Part shown: positions 26,553-35,886 of the stretch, in pieces | Layout: each line of letters opens with the position of its first letter | Numbering within the stretch: the first letter of the stretch is position 1 | Assembly (NCBI GenBank): GCA_034178965.1 | Contig: JAXFQM010000019.1 | Coordinates: forward strand, 1 to 43,056 | Direction of reading: 5' to 3' | Origin: Bacteroidales bacterium | GTDB lineage: Bacteria > Bacteroidota > Bacteroidia > Bacteroidales > P3 | Length of the DNA stretch: 43,056 nt | Notes under the pieces: model-generated | Database searches by the model: none | The model's input: the letters and a program-made list of their open reading frames with translations, nothing else | Told to the model about the DNA's origin: nothing | Program-made: the position numbers and the translations under genes

Positions 26553-26600
26553 GCGCGCATGAGCCGTCGAATACTCAGTGGCGTAGGCCGCCGTCCGTCT

Positions 26601-27356
26601 CTATGAGATGAGGTACTCCGCCAAGACATTATGGTCCAACAGGCTTTCGGGCGGGAGATGGAAGCGTGTGGTTACATAGTGCCGTTCCAGCTCCTGCAAG
26701 GCCTCCTTCATTTGGGGATAGAGGTTCCAATAGTGCATGGGGTAGAAATCGCCGACAGCCATTCTGTCCAGCCATTGCCTGGCACCGCGCGCCGTCTGCC
26801 CTTCCAGTCGTGGGTCAAGGGGAAACATCAAATAGTCTATCGCTTTGTATGCCGCTACCACGTCCTTCGTTATGGAGAGGAACATTCCCTCCATCTGCCG
26901 CAGCGTCACCTTCAGCCTTGTGGCGTCCACGTTGTCTTCCTCGAAATACCAGTTGTTCAGGTCTCCGCAATGGAAACACACCGTCCCATCAGGAAACGTG
27001 ACCCCTGCCGAAATGCCTGTATCGGTACTTCTAAAGGCCTGTAGGCACAAATTGCCGTCCTCATACACTTGCCCTGGGCGCAAGATGCATGCAGCCATGT
27101 CCCGTTTCTCGCGCAGTCGCCTTGCCACGTCGTAAGACAATAGGCAGCGCGCCCCCAGCCGTTCGGCCCAGCGCAACACGGCGGGGCTGTAATGGTCGGG
27201 ATGGGCATGGGAGACTACAAAATAGACCTGCTTTTGCGTAGACTCCAACAAGCGTTGCAAGTCCTTCCGCAGGTTGTCCCGCCAATAGTCAAACACTACC
27301 GCAGCCGTGTCGGTCTCAGCCACAAAACAACTGTGGAAAACATAAGTCAGCGTCAT
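26601..27356 (-). CDS. MBL-fold metallo-hydrolase
   Basis: 251 aa with an HxHxDH-type motif (VVSHAHPDHY) and a later H/D ligand pattern (...FHCGD...). Confidence 0.75.
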   Translation of the reverse strand: MTLTYVFHSCFVAETDTAAVVFDYWRDNLRKDLQRLLESTQKQVYFVVSHAHPDHYSPAVLRWAERLGARCLLSYDVARRLREKRDMAACILRPGQVYEDGNLCLQAFRSTDTGISAGVTFPDGTVCFHCGDLNNWYFEEDNVDATRLKVTLRQMEGMFLSITKDVVAAYKAIDYLMFPLDPRLEGQTARGARQWLDRMAVGDFYPMHYWNLYPQMKEALQELERHYVTTRFHLPPESLLDHNVLAEYLIS

Positions 27357-27430
27357 ATTATGATAACGTCGTTTTTGCGCCGATAGTATGCTTTTTTCAT
27401 TTTTTTCGCTGCCATGAACTAAAAAATGCG

Positions 27431-27438
27431 TATTTTTG
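27431..27438 (+). promoter_or_regulatory. -7 box TAttTTTG (plus strand) for ftsY-rimO
   Basis: tatttttg lies 32 nt upstream of the ATG at 27470. Confidence 0.45.
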
Positions 27439-27469
27439 CAAAATATTTTGAACCATTTTCATCTGCGCT

Positions 27470-28426
27470 ATGGGACTGTTCTCTATTTTCAGCAAGGAAA
27501 AGAAGCAGACGTTGGACCAAGGCCTTAGCAAGACCAAGGAAAACTTCTTTTCACGTCTCTCAAAAACCATCTTCGGCAAAGCCAAAGTGGACGAAGAAGT
27601 GTTGGACAACCTCGAAGAAACTTTAGTGGAAAGCGATGTGGGCGTGGACACCACTCTGAAAATCATCCGCGCCATCGAAGACCGCGTAAAACGCGACAAA
27701 TTCGTGGGTACCGACCAACTGAACGGCATACTGAAAGAGGAAATCGCCGCCCTGCTGGCGCAACACCACGAGGACGACTTCTCCGACTTCTCCTCGCCGC
27801 TACCCAAGAAGCCCTACGTCATCTTGGTGGTTGGGGTAAACGGCGTGGGCAAAACCACCACCATTGGCAAATTGGCCTACCAGTTTAAGCAGGCTGGCAA
27901 AAAAGTGATGCTGGGTGCCAGCGACACTTTCCGCGCCGCCGCCGTAGAGCAACTGCAAATATGGGCCGACAGAGTGGGCGTGCCCATCGTACAGCAGGGC
28001 ATGAACGCCGACCCCGCCAGCGTGGCATACGACACGCTGCAAAGCGCGCTGGCAAAGGACATGGACGTGGTGCTTATAGACACAGCGGGACGGCTGCATA
28101 ACAAGGTGGGGCTGATGAACGAACTCTCCAAGATACGCAAAGTGATGCAAAAACTCATCCCCGACGCGCCCCACGAGGTGCTGCTGACGCTGGATGCCTC
28201 CACGGGGCAGAACGCCATCGAACAGGCGCGGCAATTCACCGCAGCGACAGACGTAAACGCGCTCGCCCTCACCAAACTGGACGGCACGGCGAAGGGGGGT
28301 GTCATCATTGGCATCAGCGACCAATTCAAAATCCCCGTGCGATACATTGGCCTGGGCGAAAAAATGACCGATCTGCAAGTATTCAACGCCGACGAATTTG
28401 TTGACTCCCTGTTTGAGAAACAATGA
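27470..28426 (+). CDS. ftsY: signal recognition particle-docking protein FtsY
   Basis: 318 aa. SRP-GTPase motifs are present: GVNGVGKTTTIGKLA, DTAGRL, TKLDGTAKGG. Confidence 0.92.
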   Translation: MGLFSIFSKEKKQTLDQGLSKTKENFFSRLSKTIFGKAKVDEEVLDNLEETLVESDVGVDTTLKIIRAIEDRVKRDKFVGTDQLNGILKEEIAALLAQHHEDDFSDFSSPLPKKPYVILVVGVNGVGKTTTIGKLAYQFKQAGKKVMLGASDTFRAAAVEQLQIWADRVGVPIVQQGMNADPASVAYDTLQSALAKDMDVVLIDTAGRLHNKVGLMNELSKIRKVMQKLIPDAPHEVLLTLDASTGQNAIEQARQFTAATDVNALALTKLDGTAKGGVIIGISDQFKIPVRYIGLGEKMTDLQVFNADEFVDSLFEKQ

Positions 28427-29724
28427 AAATAAACATCATCACCCTCGGTTGCAGCAAGAACGTGGTGGACAGCGAAGCAGTGGGCGGCAGACTGAAGAAA
28501 GCAGGTTTTGAACTCTTCTTTGACAGCGTGCGCCGCGACTGCGATGTCACCATCGTGAACACCTGCGGATTTATCGCCGACGCCAAGGCTGAAAGCATCG
28601 CTACCCTCCTTGAGCAGGCCAGCATGAAGCAGCGCGGCCGCCGCAAACGCCGCATCATCGCCGTGGGATGCCTTATTGAGCGATACAAGAAGGAAATGCA
28701 GCAGGAAATGCCCGAGATAGACGCTTTCTACGGCGCACACGAATGGGGCAAACTGGTGGACGACATTGTAACCTTCGCTAAACCCACCCCACAAAGCGGC
28801 ACCAAAGCCGCGAAGGCACCGCGCATCACCCCGCGCCACTACGCTTTCCTGAAGATAGCGGAAGGCTGCAACCGCCGCTGCGCCTTTTGCGCCATCCCCT
28901 CCATTCGTGGTCCGTATGTCTCACGTCCCATCGAACAACTGGTGGAGGAGGCCAAGCAACTGACAAAGGAGGGGGCAAAGGAAATCATCGTCATTGCACA
29001 AGACACCACCTACTACGGTCTCGACCTCTATGGCGAAAGAAAACTCGGCACATTGCTCGACAGGCTGGCAACAGAGAGCGGTGCGCGCTGGATAAGACTG
29101 CACTACACCTTCCCCGCCAACTTCCCCGAGGACGCCATACAAGCCATGCGAAGGCACCCCAGCATCTGCAACTACATAGACATCCCTCTCCAGCACATCA
29201 ACAGCGCCGTGCTGCGCGGCATGCAGCGCGGCATAGACCGCGACGGCACGCTACGCCTGCTGCGCCACCTGCGCGAGGAACTTCCCGACGCGGCTTTCCG
29301 CACCACGCTTATCGTGGGCTTCCCCGGCGAGACAAACGACGCTTTCGAGGAACTCAAGGATTTTGTGGTGCAGGCGCGTTTTGACCGGCTCGGCGTCTTC
29401 GCCTATTCCCGCGAAGAGGGCACGCCCGCCTACGGAATGGGCGAAACCGTTTCGGAAGAGGAGAAACAACGCCGCGTGGACGAAATCATGTCGCTGCAAG
29501 AAAGAATTTCCCTGGAAAAGAACGAGGCTCGCGTCGGCTCGCTCTGCGAAGCACTGATAGACCGCAAGGAAGGCGACTACTACATCGGCCGCACGCAATA
29601 CGATAGTCCCGACGTGGACGACGAGGTGCTGATATCCTCGTCCAAACCCCTGCGCGCAGGACATTTCTACCAAGTCCGCATCACAGGCGCCTACGAGCAC
29701 GACCTTCGTGCGGAACTTGCCTAA
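28423..29724 (+). CDS. rimO: ribosomal protein S12 methylthiotransferase RimO
   Basis: 433 aa. The N-terminal MTTase domain has LGCSKN, the radical-SAM site is C..RC.FC (CNRRCAFC), and a C-terminal TRAM-like region is present. The ATG overlaps the ftsY stop (ATGA). Confidence 0.88.
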   Translation: MKINIITLGCSKNVVDSEAVGGRLKKAGFELFFDSVRRDCDVTIVNTCGFIADAKAESIATLLEQASMKQRGRRKRRIIAVGCLIERYKKEMQQEMPEIDAFYGAHEWGKLVDDIVTFAKPTPQSGTKAAKAPRITPRHYAFLKIAEGCNRRCAFCAIPSIRGPYVSRPIEQLVEEAKQLTKEGAKEIIVIAQDTTYYGLDLYGERKLGTLLDRLATESGARWIRLHYTFPANFPEDAIQAMRRHPSICNYIDIPLQHINSAVLRGMQRGIDRDGTLRLLRHLREELPDAAFRTTLIVGFPGETNDAFEELKDFVVQARFDRLGVFAYSREEGTPAYGMGETVSEEEKQRRVDEIMSLQERISLEKNEARVGSLCEALIDRKEGDYYIGRTQYDSPDVDDEVLISSSKPLRAGHFYQVRITGAYEHDLRAELA

Positions 29725-29756
29725 TACGCCCCCCCAATAAGCTTTCTGCCAAAGCC

Positions 29757-29795
29757 ACGCGCCTCCCAAGCGGATCAACCACTTGGGAGGCGCGT
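29757..29795 (+). terminator. candidate terminator hairpin after rimO
   Basis: A perfect 14-bp GC-rich stem joins acgcgcctcccaag (29757..29770) and cttgggaggcgcgt (29782..29795), with an 11-nt loop. It starts 33 nt after the rimO stop. No U-tract follows. Confidence 0.5.
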
Positions 29796-30149
29796 TAGGT
29801 ACAAACGCCTTGCGTGTGCATGCCAGCACCCCCTTTCCACCCAGCAGCCCTCCTTGATTCTTCCTAATGAGACACATTCCTCTTTAGGGGATAGACTGAA
29901 AAATGGCGACCGCTTATGTAAAGTGAAGCTAAATAAGCAGGGTAGCCAGCGAGTATAATTATCGTGTTCCTGCCTTTGACGCTTGCTTGGGAAATATTTT
30001 TCAACACTTTATGAACATGCCGTCCGGAGGGTTTGTGCCCATTTTGCATGCCGTTGACATAATCTGCAACTTATTCATTATGCATATTTTACAAACTATT
30101 TTAGTGGAAAACGAAACTTTTTTCCGCCTTCTGCGTTTAAGTCAGCAAA

Positions 30150-30205
30150 TGGCTTTTATTTGGCAGAAAAAAAATATTTTTGGCATTTTTTGGTCACAAT
30201 TGGAT
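30150..30205 (+). promoter_or_regulatory. helically phased T-TGG direct repeats upstream of mraZ (candidate MraZ operator), followed by a near-consensus -7 box
   Basis: TGG starts at 30150, 30161, 30181, 30191 and 30201 (spacings 11, 20, 10, 10). Each is preceded by T, within phased T-tracts. taatttag (TAnnTTaG) lies at 30215..30222, 25 nt before the mraZ ATG. Confidence 0.4.
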
Positions 30206-30246
30206 TTTTTTTCGTAATTTAGCAGTCTGAAACGAAATAGTTAAAA

Positions 30247-30732
30247 ATGGCGTTATTGGTTGGTAAAGAGTACTGTAAAGTGGATATCAACGGCCGCTTT
30301 AAGTTCCCAAATGCCCTAAAAAAGCAGTTGGAAGGGGACGAAATGCGCTTCGTGGTCCGCGACAGCGACTATGCCGACTGCTTGGAATTGTGGCCCTATG
30401 GCAGTTTCATGGCTGAAGCCGAAATACTGCAGCAGCGTTTGAACCTGTATGACAAGCGGGACCGCCGCCTGCTGCGCAAACTTTCGGAAGGCAACATCGT
30501 GGAGTTGGACGCTAGCGACAGAATGATGATACCTCCGGAGCAGAAGCCGAGACTGCACAACGCAAAGGACATAGTGCTGCAATCCATGGGCAAATTCATC
30601 GAGGTGTGGGACAGGGATGCCTATCAACGCCAAGACGAAGAAAACACCGACGTAGCCACGATAGCCAACGAACGGCTGGGCTCGACGGGCAATGTAAATG
30701 GAAAGGACTGCGGCACAAATGGAGTATCATGA
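30247..30732 (+). CDS. mraZ: division/cell-wall cluster transcriptional regulator MraZ
   Basis: 161 aa. The N-terminus (...KVDINGRFKFPNALKKQL) and the second half (...LDASDRMMIPPEQ) form the duplicated SpoVT-AbrB-like MraZ modules (DxxGR-type motifs). It is the first gene of the dcw cluster. Confidence 0.88.
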   Translation: MALLVGKEYCKVDINGRFKFPNALKKQLEGDEMRFVVRDSDYADCLELWPYGSFMAEAEILQQRLNLYDKRDRRLLRKLSEGNIVELDASDRMMIPPEQKPRLHNAKDIVLQSMGKFIEVWDRDAYQRQDEENTDVATIANERLGSTGNVNGKDCGTNGVS

Positions 30733-31639
30733 ACCCGTAATGCTTAACGAGAGCGTAGACGCCCTCTGCATTCGTCCCGACGGCACATACGTGGATGTCA
30801 CTTTCGGCGGCGGCGGGCACTCGCGTGCCATCTTAGCACAGCTGGGAGACAGCGGGCGTCTGCTGGCGTTCGACCAAGACAAGGATGCCGCCGCCAACGC
30901 CATCAACGACCCGCGCTTCACCCTCATCGGAGAAAACTTCCAACATCTGAAAAACTACCTGCGGTTATATGGCGTGCGACGGGTGGACGGGCTGCTGGCC
31001 GACCTCGGCATCAGCAGCCACCAAGTGGACGACGCTCAACGCGGCTTCTCCTTCCGCGCCGACGGCCCGCTGGACTTAAGGATGGACCAAAGGGGCTCCA
31101 CCACGGCCGCCGCTTTGGTGAACACCTTGGGCGAAAGCGAACTGGCACGACTGCTGCGACTATATGGCGAACTGCCGAACGCCGCCGCCATAGCACACTC
31201 CATCTGCCTGGCACGCAAGGAACAAAACATAGAGACCACGTGGCAACTGAAGAACGCCGTGGCAAGGCAACTGCCCCGAGGCGCGGAAAACAAGCACCTG
31301 GCCATGTTGTTCCAAGCCCTGCGCCTGGAGGTGAACGGCGAAATGGAGGCCCTACGGCAAATGTTGGCACAAGCCGTGGAACTGCTGGACGAAGGAGGGC
31401 GACTGGCCATCATCTCCTATCATTCACTCGAAGACCGTCTGGTGAAGAACGTGATGAAGACCGGCAATCCGGAAGGGGAACTAAAGAAGGACTTCTTCGG
31501 GAACCCCCTTGTACCGCTAAAACAAATTGTACGCAAACCCCTTACCCCCAGCCCTGAAGAGGTTGGACGCAACCCACGCAGCCGCAGCGCAAAACTACGC
31601 GTGGCAGAGAAGTTAGAGCAAAAAAACAAAAGCATTTAA
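30719..31639 (+). CDS. rsmH: 16S rRNA (cytosine1402-N4)-methyltransferase RsmH
   Basis: Motifs seen: MEYHEPVMLNESVDAL, ...DVTFGGGGHS..., ...DLGISSHQVD..., ...SYHSLEDR.... The track ORF begins at 30698. I prefer 30719 because RsmH proteins typically start just before YH.PV. Either way it overlaps the mraZ end. Confidence 0.88.
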   Translation: MEYHEPVMLNESVDALCIRPDGTYVDVTFGGGGHSRAILAQLGDSGRLLAFDQDKDAAANAINDPRFTLIGENFQHLKNYLRLYGVRRVDGLLADLGISSHQVDDAQRGFSFRADGPLDLRMDQRGSTTAAALVNTLGESELARLLRLYGELPNAAAIAHSICLARKEQNIETTWQLKNAVARQLPRGAENKHLAMLFQALRLEVNGEMEALRQMLAQAVELLDEGGRLAIISYHSLEDRLVKNVMKTGNPEGELKKDFFGNPLVPLKQIVRKPLTPSPEEVGRNPRSRSAKLRVAEKLEQKNKSI

Positions 31640-31650
31640 CCCTTACCGCC

Positions 31651-32142
31651 ATGGCCAACACATTTAGGAACAAAAAAGCCGAAGAAGGACTGGACGAAGA
31701 CCCCAACGGCCAAATTCCCGGGGAGCCGCCGCAGGACGAAGTCCCGCAGCAAGAGGAACAGGAAAACGCAAAAGTGGAGCATGAAGCGGACGATAATGGC
31801 GCCGCGGCGCCGAAGAAAAGCCGCAAGCGCAACATGGCCAGCAACCTCTTCGGCGGAGAATTCCTGTTGAAAGACTGGGTGCGCCGACAACGTTGGCTGT
31901 TGCTCATGATAGTGGGGTTCTGTTTGCTGCTGGTGAGCAACCGCTATGTAGTGGAACACCTGATGCGCGTAAAGATGAACACAGAAGAACGCATCAAATA
32001 TCTGCGGGAGCAACGCATACAGATGAAACAAGAGTTTCAAGACAACGTGAAAATCTCACACATAGCCAGCAAACTGGACAGCACGGGCGTGGGGCTTATA
32101 GCCGGACCGCCCTACGAACTGGAGGAAGAATCAAAAAAGTGA
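31651..32142 (+). CDS. ftsL: FtsL-like cell division protein (Bacteroidetes type)
   Basis: 163 aa. An acidic N-terminal tail is followed by a single TM helix (WLLLMIVGFCLLLV) and a coiled-coil-like segment. It sits in the canonical slot between rsmH and ftsI. Confidence 0.65.
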   Translation: MANTFRNKKAEEGLDEDPNGQIPGEPPQDEVPQQEEQENAKVEHEADDNGAAAPKKSRKRNMASNLFGGEFLLKDWVRRQRWLLLMIVGFCLLLVSNRYVVEHLMRVKMNTEERIKYLREQRIQMKQEFQDNVKISHIASKLDSTGVGLIAGPPYELEEESKK

Positions 32143-32176
32143 AGGCAAGGTGAGAGACTCGCAAGCATAAAAAGCA

Positions 32177-34417
32177 ATGGATAAAGACAATAAGCATCGA
32201 CTGGACGGCTTGGGCATCTACTTTCTGTTACTGCTGGCAGTGGCAGGGGGAGCCATTGTGTACGGCATGGTCAAAGTGCAATGGATAGATGGGGACATGT
32301 GGCGCAAGCAAAGTTACCCCCGCGAGGAGGGACTGCAGGTGCAAAAAGCGCATCGTGGCAACATCTACAGCAGCGATGGCAAAATATTGGCCACCACAGT
32401 GCCCATCTGCAACCTGTATCTCGACCTGGGACACCAAAACCAAAAGAACAAATATGGCAACGACAAACTCGACTCATTGGGAAACCCCATCGTGACGGGG
32501 CCCATTCCAGACTCCTCGTTCCACAAGTATTTGGACCAAGTGTGTGCCCTACTCCACGATGCCTTCCCACAGCAAAGCGCCGCCGAGTTCCGCCAGCGAA
32601 TACTGGACGGCCGGGAGAGAAAAAACAACCGATGCGTGCTGATAAAACGCGGCGTACCATACAGCACCTGGCGGCAAATATGCAACCTGAACCGACATTG
32701 GAACCACGGCGTAGTGAAGACCGTGGACGGGAAAAGCGTCATCTATGAACGCCGCGCGCACACCTACGGAAACTTGGCCGAAAACACCATTGGTTTCCGC
32801 AACAGCATGGAAAGCGAGACCTATACAGGCTTGGAAGGCTATTATAACGCCACATTGAAAGGCAGCGACGGGCGCTATCGCGTCCGCCGTCTCACACGAG
32901 GCATTTGGCTACCTATAGAAAGCAGGAGTGACCCTGTGAACACCGATGGCGACACACTGGACAACATGATTGTGCGCCCTGTGGTGAACGGAAAAAGCAT
33001 AGTGAGCACCATAGACACACGCTTTCAAGACATTGCCGAAAGCGCACTGCGCGATGCTCTGCGAAAATTCGGAGGGGAAAGCGGATGCGCTATATTAATG
33101 GAAATGAGCACGGGATATGTTTTGGCTTGCAGCAACCTAAGCATCGATACGCACGCACATGAATACCTGGAGATGCCCAACCGAAACATTGCCGTGAGCG
33201 ACCGCTACGAACCCGGCAGCACGTTCAAGACCGTAGTCCTCGCCGCCATGATGAACGCACAGGCTTTAGACACCAGCATGATGCTGCGCGTGGGCTACAA
33301 AAACTTTGGAGGGGTAAACGGCGAGATAAAGGACGACCACACATGGCAAGATAGAGACACCTTGAGCCTAAAACAAGTGATGGAGCAAAGCAGCAACGTG
33401 GGCATCAGCGAACTGGGATGGAAACTATATGGCAACCAACGCGACACACTGAAGAACCTGGTGACACGTATTTTCCCTTACCAAATATTGAATTTGGACT
33501 TGACAGCAGGCGAATACAAAGGCCGCGTGAACGACTTGAACGCCTCGCGACGCGACTTTCTCAATTTCTGCTATGGCTATAGCACCAGCGTGAGCCCCAT
33601 GCAACTCATCACATTCTACAATGGACTGGGAGCAGGCGGACGCATGGTGAAGCCGCTGTTCTGCCGCGCCATCCTGGACGGAAACAAGGAGATACCCGTG
33701 AACCCCGTTGTGCTGAACGAACATATTTGCAGCCCCCACACTGCGGCTGTGATGAAAGACCTGCTGGTGGGCGTGGTGGAAAACGGAACGGGCAACAACA
33801 TCAAGAACAACACCTACGGCATAGCCGGCAAGACCGGCACTGCCGTGCACAGTTATAAGGACTTGCGACGATACAACGCCTCCTTCGTGGGATTCTTCCC
33901 GGCTGAAAAGCCCAAATACACCTGCTTGGTGGTGGTGAAAGACATTCATGCCTATGGCCGCCAAAGCGCCGTGGTATTCAAAGCCATAGCGGACTGCGTT
34001 ATGGCCATAGACACCACGCTGGGCAACATACCCATTGAGCGACTGACACTGGAAAGCCAAAGAAATGGAACGCTTCGTCTGCCTTACGTGAGGCGCGCCA
34101 ATCAGCAGCAACTGATGAAAATATACCGCACATTGCGCCTCAACTACTTAGGCAGCGACAGTTCCAGCCATTGGTGCGCCTTTAGCCCCGCAGAAGACAG
34201 CACCGCCACGCCAGCGCACTACGTGGGTTATCGCCCCGCCGCCAACGTGGTGCCCGACTGCACGGGGATGACGGCACGCGATGCGCTGCTAATGCTGCGT
34301 TCCAATGGCTATGCCGTGCGTTTTTCCGGATGCGGCAAAGTTATAAGCCAAACACCCAGTGCGGGAAGCAAGGCCCCAAAAGGAACAACGACGGTATTCT
34401 TGAAACTGGGAGTATGA
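32177..34417 (+). CDS. ftsI: penicillin-binding protein (FtsI/PBP3-type peptidoglycan D,D-transpeptidase) with C-terminal PASTA domain
   Basis: 746 aa with an N-terminal TM anchor. Transpeptidase motifs STFK (GSTFKTV), SSN (QSSNVG) and KTG (GKTGTA) are present. The C-terminal PASTA-like segment is VPDCTGMTARDALLMLRSNGYAVRFSGCGKVISQTPSAG. Confidence 0.9.
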   Translation: MDKDNKHRLDGLGIYFLLLLAVAGGAIVYGMVKVQWIDGDMWRKQSYPREEGLQVQKAHRGNIYSSDGKILATTVPICNLYLDLGHQNQKNKYGNDKLDSLGNPIVTGPIPDSSFHKYLDQVCALLHDAFPQQSAAEFRQRILDGRERKNNRCVLIKRGVPYSTWRQICNLNRHWNHGVVKTVDGKSVIYERRAHTYGNLAENTIGFRNSMESETYTGLEGYYNATLKGSDGRYRVRRLTRGIWLPIESRSDPVNTDGDTLDNMIVRPVVNGKSIVSTIDTRFQDIAESALRDALRKFGGESGCAILMEMSTGYVLACSNLSIDTHAHEYLEMPNRNIAVSDRYEPGSTFKTVVLAAMMNAQALDTSMMLRVGYKNFGGVNGEIKDDHTWQDRDTLSLKQVMEQSSNVGISELGWKLYGNQRDTLKNLVTRIFPYQILNLDLTAGEYKGRVNDLNASRRDFLNFCYGYSTSVSPMQLITFYNGLGAGGRMVKPLFCRAILDGNKEIPVNPVVLNEHICSPHTAAVMKDLLVGVVENGTGNNIKNNTYGIAGKTGTAVHSYKDLRRYNASFVGFFPAEKPKYTCLVVVKDIHAYGRQSAVVFKAIADCVMAIDTTLGNIPIERLTLESQRNGTLRLPYVRRANQQQLMKIYRTLRLNYLGSDSSSHWCAFSPAEDSTATPAHYVGYRPAANVVPDCTGMTARDALLMLRSNGYAVRFSGCGKVISQTPSAGSKAPKGTTTVFLKLGV

Positions 34418-35871
34418 AACTAAGTGAAATAATAAAAGGCATTGACTGCCAAACGAAGCAGTTCGTAGACGTTGAAATAAGCGACATCGCCTTCGACTCG
34501 CGCCAAGTGGCGAAAGGCATGCTATTCGTGGCACAACGTGGCACGCACGTAGACGGACACCAATATATTGACAACGCCGTAAAAAACGGCGCCGCTGCCG
34601 TCCTATGCGAAACGCTGCCCGTCAAGCAAAAGAAAGGCGTGGCATATCTTGTGACGCCAAACAGCGACGAAGCCTTGGGGGTGGCGGCAAGCAACTTTTA
34701 TGAAAACCCCAGCCAGAGGCTGAAACTGATTGGCATCACTGGCACCAACGGCAAGACCACCAGCGTCACCCTGCTGCATCACCTGTTCCGCCTGCTTGGG
34801 GTGCATGCAGGCCTCCTCTCCACCATTGTCAACAAGGTAGACGAGGACGAATGGGAAGCACACCACACTACCCCCGACGCCTTGGAACTGAACAGCCTGC
34901 TGCGCAAAATGGCGGACGCCGGATGCAAATACTGCTTTATGGAGGTGAGTAGCCACGCCATAGCACAGCGACGCATCGCAGGTCTCACTTTCGCTGGAGG
35001 CATCTTCAGCAACGTCACGCACGACCATCTCGACTACCATAAAACGATGGCAAACTACATTGCCGCCAAGAAAAAATTCTTTGATGACCTGCCACCTGAG
35101 GCTTTCGTCCTCACCAATCTCGATGACAAGAACGGCATGGTGATGGTGCAAAACACCAAGGCCACGGTGAAGACATACAGCCTACTGCATCCAGCAGACT
35201 ACAAGGCACGCGTGCTGGAGGACACTTTTCAGGGCATGCACCTCGAAATAAACGGAAAGGACGTCTGGTGCCGCTTGGCTGGACGCTTCAACGCGCAAAA
35301 CCTCACGGCCATCTATGCTGTGGCCCGTTTGTGTGGCGTGGAGGAAGACGAGGCCTTGCGCACGTTGAGCCAACTGGAACCCGCACCCGGACGTTTTCAG
35401 CACGTGCGCGGAAATGAGGTGGATGCCATTGTGGATTATGCACATACGCCCGACGCCTTACAAAACGTGATGGACGCCATAAACGAGATGCGGCAACGCC
35501 GCCAACGCCTCATCGTGGTGGTGGGATGCGGGGGCGACAGGGACAAAGCGAAGCGCCCCAAAATGGCCAAAATAGCCGTGACGGGGGCGGACCGCGTAAT
35601 CCTTACCAGCGACAACCCTCGCACCGAAAACCCCGAGGCCATCCTCGATGACATGGAAACTGGCCTCTCCAACGAAGAACGCGTAACCGCAATACGCATC
35701 GCCGACAGACGCTCCGCGCTGCGCGCCGCCGTGATGATGGCCAAGCAAGGGGACATTATTTTGGTGGCTGGCAAGGGCCATGAAAACTATCAAGAAATCA
35801 ATGGCGTGCGCCACCATTTTGACGACCAAGAGGAACTTAGGATCCTTTTCGACCAACACAATGACCATTAA
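34414..35871 (+). CDS. murE: UDP-N-acetylmuramoyl-L-alanyl-D-glutamate--2,6-diaminopimelate ligase
   Basis: I place the start at 34414 (MKLSEIIKGI...), which overlaps the ftsI stop as ATGA. Motifs seen: P-loop GITGTNGKTT, DYAHTPDAL, and the meso-DAP specificity motif DNPR (TSDNPRTE). Confidence 0.9.
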   Translation: MKLSEIIKGIDCQTKQFVDVEISDIAFDSRQVAKGMLFVAQRGTHVDGHQYIDNAVKNGAAAVLCETLPVKQKKGVAYLVTPNSDEALGVAASNFYENPSQRLKLIGITGTNGKTTSVTLLHHLFRLLGVHAGLLSTIVNKVDEDEWEAHHTTPDALELNSLLRKMADAGCKYCFMEVSSHAIAQRRIAGLTFAGGIFSNVTHDHLDYHKTMANYIAAKKKFFDDLPPEAFVLTNLDDKNGMVMVQNTKATVKTYSLLHPADYKARVLEDTFQGMHLEINGKDVWCRLAGRFNAQNLTAIYAVARLCGVEEDEALRTLSQLEPAPGRFQHVRGNEVDAIVDYAHTPDALQNVMDAINEMRQRRQRLIVVVGCGGDRDKAKRPKMAKIAVTGADRVILTSDNPRTENPEAILDDMETGLSNEERVTAIRIADRRSALRAAVMMAKQGDIILVAGKGHENYQEINGVRHHFDDQEELRILFDQHNDH

Positions 35872-35886
35872 TACCCCCACTCTCCT

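Noticed and set aside
29864-30217. Small ORFs 29864..30049 (-) and 29987..30217 (+) in the rimO-mraZ spacer
   Set aside because: They overlap each other on opposite strands in AT-rich DNA and have no motif. The plus-strand ORF runs through the phased TGG/T-tract promoter region. I treat the region as non-coding.
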